DNA of 63,656 nt, the filler included, from Welwitschia mirabilis (Eukaryota), in assembly GCA_051453625.1 (NCBI GenBank). It is 5 parts of one record of this genome, joined end to end, with 100 filler letters (N's around TTAATTAATTAA, not from the genome) between each part and the next. Parts side by side here need not be neighbours in the genome. Positions count along the whole stretch, not along the records: positions 34,121 to 58,472 come from JBOZIK010000001.1; 4 more parts are not named here. The stretch is one strand, 5' to 3'. Below, in pieces: positions 35,571 to 48,049 of the stretch. How positions within the stretch are numbered: position 1 is the first letter of the stretch; each line of letters opens with the position of its first letter. Below the pieces are notes generated by a model that worked only from the letters and a program-made list of their open reading frames with translations, did no database searches and was not told where the DNA came from. Position numbers and translations under genes: made by a program.

Positions 35571-37794
35571 TGTTAGATTATGTTTTGCCAATTGATGTCA
35601 AACTAATGTTTTATGTATAGCAAATTTTATGTATCTTATGCANNNNNNNNNNNNNNNNNNNNNNNNNNNNNNNNNNNNNNNNNNNNNNNNNNNNNNNNNN
35701 NNNNNNNNNNNNNNNNNNNNNNNNNNNNNNNNNNNNNNNNNNNNNNNNNNNNNNNNNNNNNNNNNNNNNNNNNNNNNNNNNNNNNNNNNNNNNNNNNNNN
35801 NNNNNNNNNNNNNTCTCATGGAGTCGACTGGACCTATAACCTTAAGAACCAGCATCCCTAAACTAGATGGCAAGAGGTCGACCAGACCTTTATGGGGTCA
35901 ACCAAATTTGAGAACCTAATAAACAGTATCCCTGAACTAAATAATAAGGGGATGACCAGACCTATGATGGAGTTAACTGGATCTGTGAATCAAAGAATAG
36001 TACTCCTAAAATAATTGCCAAGGGATTAACTGGACCTATGATGAGGTTGATCAGACCTGAGAACTATGTAGCTGANNNNNNNNNNNNNNNNNNNNNNNNN
36101 NNNNNNNNNNNNNNNNNNNNNNNNNNNNNNNNNNNNGTTGGAAACTGGAAAGATCTTTATCAAGACAAGTAGGTGACCAGATTTTGTAGTGGACGACCAG
36201 ACTCAAGTTAGCTAGACCTAGATGGAGTCGACCGGACATGAAGCCATAAGAAATTGAGGCAATTGAAATTTTCACTTGGGTGACCTGTATAAGTCATGGT
36301 ACTAGATGGGGTCGACCGAACTTTTAAGGGGTCAACTAGACAGAACGGAACTAAATTTTTTAATCTATTTTATATTTGTTATATATCCATTAGATAGCCA
36401 TTTTCTAGCCATTTATAGCCATTAAAGGCACATTTTAAATGTAGTAAACTATAAAATCCTTCCAATATAAATAGCCAAGAGATAGAAGACCATAGGATCT
36501 TTTTTGGAATCATTTTCAATTGTGTTAATATTTTAGATTTAAGGAATAAGCACTGTAATCTTGTGATATTCACTATTGTGTCTTTGGCATTTGTACTTCT
36601 AACCAAGGAAGATCTATTGTCTGAATCATCTCTATATTCAAGGTTAGATTTTGTGCTTCATCTATTATACATNNNNNNNNNNNNNNNNNNNNNNNNNNNN
36701 NNNNNNNNNNNNNNNNNNNNNNNNNNNNNNNNNNNNNNNNNNNNNNNNNNNNNNNNNNNNNNNNNNNNNNNNNNNNNNNNNNNNNNNNNNNNNNNNNNNN
36801 NNNNNNNNNNNNNNNNNNNNNNNNNNNNNNNNNNNNNNNNNNNNNNNNNNNNNNNNNNNNNNNNNNNNNNNNNNNNNNNNNNNNNNNNNNNNNNNNNNNN
36901 NNNNNNNNNNNNNNNNNNNNNNNNNNNNNNNNNNNNNNNNNNNNNNNNNNNNNNNNNNNNNNNNNNNNNNNNNNNNNNNNNNNNNNNNNNNNNNNNNNNN
37001 NNNNNNNNNNNNNNNNNNNNNNNNNNNNNNNNNNNNNNNNNNNNNNNNNNNNNNNNNNNNNNNNNNNNNNNNNNNNNNNNNNNNNNNNNNNNNNNNNNNN
37101 NNNNNNNNNNNNNNNNNNNNNNNNNNNNNNNNNNNNNNNNNNNNNNNNNNNNNNNNNNNNNNNNNNNNNNNNNNNNNNNNNNNNNNNNNNNNNNNNNNNN
37201 NNNNNNNNNNNNNNNNNNNNNNNNNNNNNNNNNNNNNNNNNNNNNNNNNNNNNNNNNNNNNNNNNNNNNNNNNNNNNNNNNNNNNNNNNNNNNNNNNNNN
37301 NNNNNNNNNNNNNNNNNNNNNNNNNNNNNNNNNNNNNNNNNNNNNNNNNNNNNNNNNNNNNNNNNNNNNNNNNNNNNNNNNNNNNNNNNNNNNNNNNNNN
37401 NNNNNNNNNNNNNNNNNNNNNNNNNNNNNNNNNNNNNNNNNNNNNNNNNNNNNNNNNNNNNNNNNNNNNNNNNNNNNNNNNNNNNNNNNNNNNNNNNNNN
37501 NNNNNNNNNNNNNNNNNNNNNNNNNNNNNNNNNNNNNNNNNNNNNNNNNNNNNNNNATTGTTGAGAGTGGAGTAGGGGGTTTACCGAACCATTATAAATC
37601 CTATGTGCATCTATTTGATACTTTTGTTCTTTCAGTTAGTTTATTTCTTTACTTCTGTTAACTTTTCTTGTCATGCACGTTTTGGATTAGTAAATTGTTT
37701 TACCCAAGTTTTTAATTTATCTTAGATTCATTTAAAATACTATGTTGTAATTTTAAAAACCTATTCACCCCCTCTAGGGTTCTCGATCCTATCA
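35571..37794 (+). repeat. 5' LTR of the Sirevirus-like element (gapped)
   Basis: TGTTAGATTATGTTTTGCC start matches 57449; ~74-bp tandem units bearing GTCGAC-type palindromes (35820-36060); CCAATATAAATAGCC at ~36462; ends ..CCTATCA. Confidence 0.85.
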
Positions 37795-37796
37795 AT

Positions 37797-37808
37797 TGGT
37801 ATCATAGC
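37797..37808 (+). other. Primer-binding site, tRNA-iMet
   Basis: TGGTATCATAGC (canonical TGGTATCAGAGC), 2 nt after the LTR end. Confidence 0.85.
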
Positions 37809-37856
37809 TNNNNNNNNNNATTTAGATTTAACCAATCTTGACTTTAGAACCCTACA

Positions 37857-40260
37857 ATGACTAATTCATCTAATGGTTTTTGTACCAATCATCTACCCAT
37901 GTTTGATGGGTCAAACTATGCTTACTGAAAAGTCAGAATGAGAATATTTCTTAGATTTTTAGATGCCAATATAGAGGAAGTCATTTATAAAGGTTATACT
38001 GTGCCTATATCAACTCAAACTAATGCCAACATTAATAATGTTCTAGTTCCCAAAGCCCGAGATTAATGGACCTCCACTGATAAGTCAAAAATCACCATAG
38101 ATGCACTATTTTAATGCCATATTTTATGCAGTCTACACAGATGAGTTTAAGTATATAGTAAACTGTAATTATGCTAAAAAATCTTGGGACATTCTTGAAG
38201 CAGCACACAAAGAAACTTCAACTGTAAAATAAGAAAAACTTTAAATGCTTATTTTAAAATTTGAAGACATTCATATGAATGAAGAAGAGGTCTTGCAGTA
38301 ATTCTTTTCTAGACTTATTGATATCATAAACTCTATAGAAAGCCTTGGAGAATGCTTGGATGAAGAAAAGATGGTAAGAAAAGTCTTGAGATCCCTACCT
38401 AAGAGATTCGAACCAAAGGTCACTTCCATCAAGAAGAGCAAAAACATAAATGCAATTGCACTGAAAGAACTACAAGGTAATTTGCAAACTTATAAACTTA
38501 TATTTGTTAGAGATAAGAAGAAAGGTATTACTTTAAAATGTGTGTAAGAAGACTATAGATTTAAAAGGTTAGATGAGGACTTGGATGATGATGAAGTGGC
38601 TCTTCTAGCCAAAAGGTTCAGAAGGTTTCTACATAGGAAGAAAAATGGAGGAGAATAAAGTGGAAATTCCAAAAAGAGTCATATGAAACAGAGAAATGAG
38701 TACGAAAAGGGTAAATAAATCCAATGATACTTATGCAAAAGATTCTACCATATGGCAAATGAGTGTCCCAACACAAGAAGACGTAACAGGAAAAACAAAG
38801 AATCCCTCTTTGATTGCCACATGGGATAATGATGATGATGATGATGATGATAGTTATTCAGATCAAGAATCAGACAGAGATAGGAAGTTGTCTTTGATGG
38901 CAATTGTGCCATCCCTTAAAGATGTTCTTAGTACATTAGATCCTGATGATTTAAACATGATAAATGATGAAGAGAATGAGTTAGAAGATATATGTTAGGA
39001 GCTATATGATGAATGTGAAAATATAACTAAAAGGATAAATGATCTAAATAGAGTTGTGAAAACTCTCATCAAAGAGAAGGAGGAGATGGAAATAAAGTAT
39101 AATGTGTTAAAATCTGACAAAACCAATCTAATGTCTCAAGTAAAAAATATTTCCTTATTTATGAATAAATTTTTTGGTGGTTCTACTAAATTTGAATAGA
39201 TTCTTGGAGTATGAAAACCTACTAGAGACAGATAAGGTTTTGGTCTTATTCACAAAATTTACAAGAACAAGCAAACTGGAAATGTAAGTATGCATCTAAA
39301 TTTTCATATATCTTTTATGGTAAATTTGACCATTCAAAGAGTTTTTGCAAGATTAAATAATAAATGCTTTTCTCAGATTCTGTAAATTCTTTACCATTTA
39401 AATTTATTTCTAAAAGAAGTATACAACCTAAGTCTAATAAGACTAAGTTGGTAAGAGCTAATAATCTCAAAAGTCTTCTAACATAGATAGCTCTCAGATG
39501 ATTAGATACAAATAGTTGGTATCTAGACAGTGGATACTTAAGACATATGACTAGACAAAGATCAAACTTTCAACACATAAGAAGTATTGATGGGCAAGAA
39601 GTCATTTTTAAAATCAATAAAAAGGCAAAGATAGAAGGTACAAGATGCATCGAAAGAGGTAAGTTNNNNNNNNNNNNNNNNNNNNNNNNNNNNNNNNNNN
39701 NNNNNNNNNNNNNNNTCTTTTATGGTAAATTTGGCCATTCAAAGATTTTTTGCAAGATTAAATAATAAATGCTTTTCTCAAATTCTGTAAATTCTTTACC
39801 ATTTAAATTTATTTCTAAAAGAAGTGTATCATGTGAGTCTAATATAACTAAGTGGATAAGAGCTAATAATATCGAAATTTTTAAAACAAATATAGCTTTC
39901 AAAGGATCAAGTACAAACAGTTGATACCTAGACAATGGATACTTAAGACATATGACTAGAAAAAAAATAAAACTTTCAACACCTAAGGAGTATTGATGGG
40001 AGGAGGTTATTTTTGGAAATAATGAAAAGGAAAAAATAGAAGGTATAGGATGCATAAAAGGAGGTAAGTTACCTAAACTTGATGATGTGCTTTATTAAAC
40101 ATAATTTATTGAGCATTAGTCAATTATATGATAAAAGTCATAAAGTAATTTTTAAAAATTTAAGATGTAAAATTATAGATGTGAAAACGAATGTTGTTAT
40201 TCTTACTCTAAAGCAAGTAGATAATGTCTATAGAATAGATACTTATTTAATTGATTAATT
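37857..40260 (+). pseudogene. Sirevirus-like gag plus protease, disrupted; protease segment present in up to three diverged copies across gaps
   Basis: MTNSSNGFCTNHLPMFDGSNYAY*KVRM; KMVRKVLRSLPKRFEPKVTSI..ELQGNLQTY; DDDEVALLAKRFRRFL; acidic/coiled-coil region; WYLDSGYLRHMT (~39516-39552), repeated at ~39922 and ~41467; KHNLLSISQLYDK. Confidence 0.85.
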
Positions 40261-40781
40261 AAATCATATAAACTATGACATGAAAAATAGAAATGTTAGC
40301 TTAAATTTTAATAAATCTAAACGTTTTTGGAAAAACTCTAAAGTAACACCTCATTTTTGGAATTTACTTGTCAATCACAAAAATGAACTGAGGGTTTACT
40401 TACCATTCTTTGACTGATTGCAGGGCAATCAAATGGATCTATAATTCAGTTAACTAGATGTGATCAGTTGACTAGCTTGAAAACTCACTTTCTTAGACCC
40501 CTTTCAGTACTATAGACTCGTGTCTCAATGGGTCGACCAGAATCTCAAACGGTCGATTAAACCTGACGGATTATAGTACAAAAGTACCATCGGTGAAACC
40601 AATTTCTTTCTTACTTTTGCCTTATTTCACCTTATCTATAAAAGAAAGAGGTCCTAAATCAATTTTCTTGTGTTTTAGCCTTATCCATCTCTCAGATCTA
40701 GAGCTTTTCCTTCTAGATCTAGAGCTTTTCTCTTAGATCTAGGGCCTTTAGTTTAGATTTCTTGCTTTCAAGGTCTTTCAA

Positions 40782-41104
40782 ATGGCTAAAAGCTCATCTA
40801 AGAGGAGAGTGAAGGAAGATCCTTCAAGAGATCTTGCTATTTTCTTCCATGGGATATCTGAAGAGGATATTAATAAGTTCTCAAAAAAGTATGAGAAGAA
40901 GCCAGTGTGCCAAGAGTGGTCTGTGGTAACCTCAGAGCTTAAAGAGTTTAAGAATGTTATTCAGCTCCTAATCTTGATTATTTTTTAGATGTTTCTAGGT
41001 CTTCTTATCCATTTCTTACTTGCATGTTTTACTATAATGCTTTTTATGATTGTGAATTAAGAACCCTTGAAACCCTTATTTTAGGAAAGCGGCTAAGAGT
41101 AACA
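40782..41104 (+). pseudogene. Sirevirus extra (env-like) ORF N-terminus, copy 1
   Basis: MAKSSSKRRVKEDPSRDL..FSKKYEKKPVCQEWSV..YPFLTCMFYYNAFYD..LETLILGKRLRVT; preceded by TATA-like CTATAAAAG (~40636). Confidence 0.7.
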
Positions 41105-42314
41105 NNNNNNNNNNNNNNNNNNNNNNNNNNNNNNNNNNNNNNNNNNNNNNNNNNNNNNNNNNNNNNNNNNNNNNNNNNNNNNNNNNNNNNNNNNNNNNNN
41201 NNNNTAAAATTCAAGAATAGGTAAACTAAAAATGTAAGTATGCTTTTAAACTTTCATGTAACTTTTTTGGTAAATTTGATCATTCAAATATTTTTTGCAA
41301 AATTAGATAATTAATGCTTTTCTCAAATTCTATAAATTCTTTACCATTTAAATTTATTCTTAAAATAAGTATACCACCTAAGTCTAACAAGACTAAGTGA
41401 GTAAGAGCTAACAATCTTAAAAGTTTTCTGATATAGATAGCTCTTAGAGGATCAAGTACAAACAGCTGATATCTATACAGTGGATGCTTATGATATATGA
41501 TTAGAGAAAGATTAAACTTTCAACACCTAAGGAGTATTAATGAGCGAGAAATCATTTTTGGAAATAATGAAAAGGAAAAGATAAAAGGCACATGATAAAT
41601 CAAATGAGTTAAGTTACCTAAACTTGATGATGTGCTTTATGTAAATGATTGGAAACATAATTTATTGAGCATTATTCAATTGTGTGATAAAGGTTATAAA
41701 ATAATTTTTGGAAAATCGAAATGTGAAGTTGTAGATGTAAAAATAAATGTTGCTATCTTTATTATAAAATGAGTAGATAATATCTATAGAATAGATACTT
41801 ATTGGATTAATTAGTTAAATCATATGAACTACAATATGAAAAATAGAAATGCTAGCTTAAATTTTAATAAATTTTAACGTTTTCTAGAAAACTCTGAAGT
41901 AATATCCCATGTGGGAAATTTACTTTTTAATTACAAAAATGAACTAGGGATTTACTTATCATCTTTTGGCTGATTGTAAAATGGTCCAAATGTGATCAGT
42001 CAACTAGCTTAAAAGCCTGGTTGCCCAGCCCCCTTCTAGTACTATAGACCCATGTCTCGATGAGTTAACTGGAATCTCAAGTGATCGACTGAACCTAACA
42101 GATCACAGTGTAAAAGTACCGTCAGTGGACTCGATTTCTTTCTTCATTTTGTCTTATTTTTCCTTGTTTATAAAATAAAGAGGTCCCTAAATCAATTTTC
42201 TTGTGTTCTAGCCTTTTTCATCTCTCAGATTTAGAGGTTTTTCTTCCAAATCCAGAGCTTTGCTCTTAGACCTAGTATTTTTTTATTATATTTCTTGCTT
42301 TTAAGGTCTTAGAA

Positions 42315-42760
42315 ATAACTGATAGCTTATATAGAAGGAGAGTGAAGGAAGCTTCTTCAAGATATCCTACTCTTTTCTATCATGGAATGTCTTAAAAGGT
42401 AATTTACAAGTTCTTAGAAAAGTTTGAAAATAAGCCAGTGTATCAAAAGTGGTTTGTGGTGATCCTAGAGCTTAGAGAGCTTAGGGATGTCATTCATCTC
42501 CTAAGAAATCAGGATCTTAATTATTTTTTAGAAGTTCTTGGCTCTGCTTATACATTTCTTACTTGCATGTTTTACTATAATGCTTCTTATGATCATGATT
42601 TAAGAATCCTTAAAACCTTGTTTTAGGAAAGCGGCTAAGAGTAACAGTAAATCTTATTTCTAAGTTGACCGATCTTTCTAGAGGTGACTATGAAGAGTTT
42701 TAGCTTCTTCAAGACACCATGGAAGATAAGCCTTCAATTACCAGGAAGATCTGTGGTAAG
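42315..42760 (+). pseudogene. Sirevirus extra (env-like) ORF N-terminus, copy 2, truncated by the Gypsy B insertion
   Basis: KPVYQKWFVVILELRELRDVIHLLRNQDLNYFLEV..YTFLTCMFYYNASYD..LKTL..GKRLRVTVNLISKLTDLSRG; stops abruptly at the LTR TG at 42761. Confidence 0.72.
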
Positions 42761-44179
42761 TGTTATAGTGTGAATTTATGCAATCTGAAAATCCTTTAAG
42801 TAAACCTATAAATCATGTAAATTGCAGAAAATACACTCTAGTATAGATGGGAGTTTATCCAAATGTTGTAATCCAACGAAGGCACTAGGCTTAAAGTTAG
42901 AGAATTGATTTTACCAATGTATTTTTAGTTCTTTTTGTTTTTATAAAAACTAAAAGGAAATAACACAAGTAAATGTAATTCTTAAATAGAAATGAAATGC
43001 AAGTGAATGGATGGGAAATGCAAAATTAAATGGAAACAGGAATAGAAATAGGAATGAAAATAGATCCTATTTAGATCCTAGTCTTTCCATCACAAAGACT
43101 ACTTATCTATAACTTATATCAAGTAAGAAGAGTGTTTACTAGTTCTTAATCAATATAAACTATAAGATCTATCCAAGTAGAACATGAAATGCAATATGAA
43201 AAGAAAGAAAAAAGCAATGTCAATTTATTCTACTAATGAAATCAACCTTAATAAAATTTGCTCTTATGATCTAAATAAATTAAAGCTTGTCACTAACTAA
43301 GACTAACTNNNNNNNNNNAATCATAAGGGAGATATACAATAATGATATGAAAGAGGAATTTGTATTAACCCAAATGAAACCAAAATAACATCCACTTACA
43401 AATTAGAACAATAATACCTCAATAAGAGGGACATAGCCTGACACCAAGGATACTCCTTTCTGCAGCACAAGATGGACCTCTCATCCTTCAAGCTTCCATC
43501 AAAAGTATTGGGTACAAAAGATGGGATGAAAATGAAGGAGAAAAAGGGTATTTATAAATTTTCAATTGAGGAATTTGGAGGCAAATCCTAAATGCAGGAA
43601 ATAAAAATCCTAACAACCCACATGGGTCATTTGACCCCATTTATAATGAAATTTATTGCTATAGTGTAAAAATAGTTGTCATCTTATCTGTCATCCACAC
43701 GACACAGGGGATGACACCACCTTAATGGCTTAGGTAGTGTATCATATGCTGCCATCAGCCCCGTGGGTTGTCTATGCATAGTTCCAATGCTGTCATCCTA
43801 TCTATCATCTACATGACATAGGAGATGATACCACCTTAATGGCTTAGGCAGTATGCCATGTGCTACTATTGGTGCCGCAAGCTTCTGTCCATGTCAGCAA
43901 TCTGGTCGTCCTTGGTGTCATGGAGATGACTATGGGGATGATGGTCTTCGTCTATTCTTTTTTATAAGGTAAATCAGTCTTTGCATCGTATAGTTCTTTT
44001 TCCAATTTTTCAGTATTAGAATAAGCATAAGACATTGCCAAAAATGCTATATATCACATGTTTTATTGATCATCCTATTAAATCTTCATAGCCATAAGTA
44101 TTGCATCAAAACCTATATGAATGTCCTAAAAAAGTACTCAAAATACATCATAAAATTCCCATAAATTGGCATCGCAACA
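42761..44179 (-). repeat. 3' LTR of Gypsy element B
   Basis: On the minus strand it starts TGTTGCGATGCCAATTT (same terminus as element A LTRs) after the PPT-like GGACTAACAAGGCTAAGTGAAAGGCTA, and ends ..CTATAACA. Confidence 0.85.
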
Positions 44180-44749
44180 TAGCCTTTCACTTAGCCTTGT
44201 TAGTCCCTGACAAAATAAGTGATTAACTAGATTATGAACTAATTTGTTTAAGATAAAAACAATGCTTGCAAAATGTAAATTGAGTCCATATAAAATAAAA
44301 TCATCAATCTATAATTAATACCAATACTGAAAAATTTTCCTAAGCCCCCTACTTAAGCATGTAACTACAAAATGAATGTAATACACATATAGAAATCATA
44401 AAGTGTAACTTGATGGCTCATAAAAGTGAAACTGTGTATGCATAATATAGAATAAAGATAATGGACCCTCATGACAGCTTAAGTAGTTTCTATATCACAT
44501 AATTTAGATGATTACATTAGTATCATCGACAAGGCAAGAAACAACAATATAGATAACACAATTTAGATGATCAAAAAAAGACATGGCTATAGAAAAACAT
44601 GTACAAGTACTGCTAGATCCTACATGATAAAGTACATGAATGCTCCAANNNNNNNNNNNNNNNNNNNNNNNNNNNNNNNNNNNNNNNNNNNNNNNNNNNN
44701 NNNNNNNNNNNNNNNNNNNNNNNNNNNNNNNNNNNNNNNNNNNNNNNNA

Positions 44750-45081
44750 TCATGTGCCTCATGTGCTACTATCAGTGCTGTAGGCTTCTGTCCATATCAG
44801 CAGTCTGATCATCCTGGGTGTTGTGGGAATGACTATGGAGACGATAGTCTTATTTTACTCTTTTCTCCAAGGTAATTCAGTATTTGCATCATAAATCTTT
44901 CTCCTAATTTTGTAGTATCAGAACTAGCCCAAGAAACTGTCAAAAATGCTAAGTATTACATATTTTATTGATTATCTTATTAATTCTTCATAGTTATCAG
45001 TATTTCATCAAAACCTGTATGAATGTCCTACAAAAGTACTCAAAATGCATCATCAAATTCCCATAAATTGGCATTGTAACA
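44750..45081 (-). repeat. Additional partial LTR of the element-B family, with its own PPT and 3' internal region
   Basis: Repeats 43855-44179 plus 44180-44648 with many substitutions, after a ~100-N gap. Confidence 0.7.
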
Positions 45082-48049
45082 TAGCTCCCTACTTAGCCTT
45101 GTTAGTTCCTGACAATGTAAGTGATTAACTAGATTGCGAGCCAATTTGTCTAAGATAAAAACAATGCCTGTAAGATGTAAATTTAGTTCATAGAAGATGA
45201 TATCATCAATAGGTAATTATTACAAGTACTAAAAAAAATTTCCTAAGCCCCTTAATTAATCATATCACTACAGAATGAAGGCAATACACATATAGAAATC
45301 ATAAAATATAACTTGATGGCTCATAAAAGTGAAATTGTGTATGCATAATATAGAATGATGACAATGGACCATCATGATAGCTTAGGTAATGTTATTTCAG
45401 AACATGATGTTTTGAAATTCATTAGTATCATCAACAAGGCAAGGAACAACAATAAATATAGCATAATTCAGATGATCAGAAAAACATGGCCATAGAGAAC
45501 ATGTGAAAGTGCGTCGGATCCTGCATGATAAAGTATATGAATGCTCACAAATTTATTCAAATTGCATGAAGAACTCATCCAAAATAACCCATCATCAAAT
45601 TAGATTGTGAAAGCACAAAAATTGTAAAAATTTATGCTAATTATAATAGATTAATACCCAGAAAGATGTCCTAACTCCCCTTCCCTTCCCCTCTACAAGA
45701 GAAGTAAGACGTCCTGAATTGCATCATACACAGAAAAGGAGTGTCATCCCCTCTATCGTGGGGATGATGGAGAAGGGAAATAGACTCTAAATAGCTATTT
45801 TAGAGAGGAAGATAAAACCTAAAAAAGTTAGAAAATAGAAAATATAGGAATTCATAGAAAGGAGATAGCAACCTAAGAAAGAAAATGAATAAATAGCCTA
45901 AAATGTGAATGCATGATGAAGAAGTGAAAAAATGATAGTAGAGGAAAATGCATCAAGAGGAAAATACTACTCAAATATGCCTCAAATGTTCTGAATGTAT
46001 GGAAAACTGTAACTCATCAGATCAAGGAAACCTACTAAAAAGAAACAATAATCCTCTAGAAAACATCACAAAAAACTAGAAAATGATTAGGTCCATGATA
46101 TTATGCTGAAAAAGTATAAAAAAATAACTTTGAAAATTCCAATAAAATAACTAAAGGAAAAAAATGAAAATGAATAACTAGAAACATGAAAAAGATTTCT
46201 TTATTACCCTAAATGCTAACCTAACAAATTTACATAGCAACAATCATAAAATCACTTTATAATAATGCAAAACATAATGTATAAATTTATAAAGTTCCAC
46301 TCAATTGGGCAATGATTATGATGATTTCAAGTATGATAATGTTATCAAATAATGAATGATAAGATAAAAAGCTATTAAAATACAGGGACTTACAAGCTAC
46401 CATATCAAAACAAATACTAGAATCTAGAAAGTAGAGTGATCATGTGGAAGTACTAGAAATAAATAAATACAGAAAAGCAATTTATTTTTCCATAATAAGG
46501 GGAGTGCAACTACTATAAGAGGAGTAAGAACCCATACATTATGACTAAATAACCCCCTAGTGAAGTTGCCACAACTATCATATTGCAGTGCTCAAGGCCC
46601 TTCTTGAGAATATTTGCCTTAATGCGCTCATGGTAGGACATTATGATTACCATGTATGTAAAGATNNNNNNNNNNNNNNNNNNNNNNNNNNNNNNNNNNN
46701 NNNNNNNNNNNNNNNNNNNNNNNNNNNNNNNNNNNNNNNNNNNNNNNNNNNNNNNNNNNNNNNNNNNNNNNNNNNNNNNNNNNNNNNNNNNNNNNNNNNN
46801 NNNNNNNNNNNNNNNNNNNNNNNNNNNNNNNNNNNNNNNNNNNNNNNNNNNNNNNNNNNNNNNNNNNNNNNNNNNNNNNNNNNNNNNNNNNNNNNNNNNN
46901 NNNNNNNNNNNNNNNNNNNNNNNNNNNNNNNNNNNNNNNNNNNNNNNNNNNNNNNNNNNNNNNNNNNNNNNNNNNNNNNNNNNNNNNNNNNNNNNNNNNN
47001 NNNNNNNNNNNNNNNNNNNNNNNNNNNNNNNNNNNNNNNNNNNNNNNNNNNNNNNNNNNNNNNNNNNNNNNNNNNNNNNNNNNNNNNNNNNNNNNNNNNN
47101 NNNNNNNNNNNNNNNNNNNNNNNNNNNNNNNNNNNNNNNNNNNNNNNNNNNNNNNNNNNNNNNNNNNNNNNNNNNNNNNNNNNNNNNNNNNNNNNNNNNN
47201 NNNNNNNNNNNNNNNNNNNNNNNNTGCATAGAATGGTCGACTGACCCTCCAATGGAGTTTCCACAACTACCATATTGCACTGTCTAAGGCCCCTCTCAAG
47301 AATATTTTCCCCAGTGCACTTATGACAGGATATCATGATTACTATGTATGTAAAGATATAACATGAAAGATCATGGTAGTTTATTTTCTTTTCTCTTTTT
47401 TTTTTCTTGAATATCATTCCACATGATCAAGTACTTACAAGGATAAAAGTGACAAAATAAGATGAGTAATAAAATAAGATCCTATAAAAATAACTAATTA
47501 CTCACATCATTAAAAGACAATAAAAGAATCAAGGCATCTTCCATCTAAATGAAGTTCATAGACACACGAATGTTTGAAAATTGGATTAAGCTAATTTTAT
47601 CATTAAAATGCCCAAGTAAAATATTAATCATCATGGAAACTTTATATGTAAATACAAATGTCAAGTTAAAGATGTTCAAGTGATAACATGATGTTGATCA
47701 AAGGAATAAGTTGAGAATGAATTTAGATAATGGTAAAAGGAAAGACATACTCTTGAAGAGGGGCTTTCAAACTAAGTGCTTCTATGATGTTCAAGGTTTC
47801 ATCAGAAAATGACTCATNNNNNNNNNNNNNNNNNNNNNNNNNNNNNNNNNNNNNNNNNNNNNNNNNNNNNNNNNNNNNNNNNNNNNNNNNNNNNNNNNNN
47901 NNNNNNNNNNNNNNNNNAAATTGGATTAAGCCAATTTTATAATTGTAAATGCCCAAGTAAAATATTAATCATCATGAAAACTTTATATGTAAATACAGAT
48001 GTCAAGTTAAAGATGTTCAAGTGATAACATGATGTTGATCAAAGGAATA

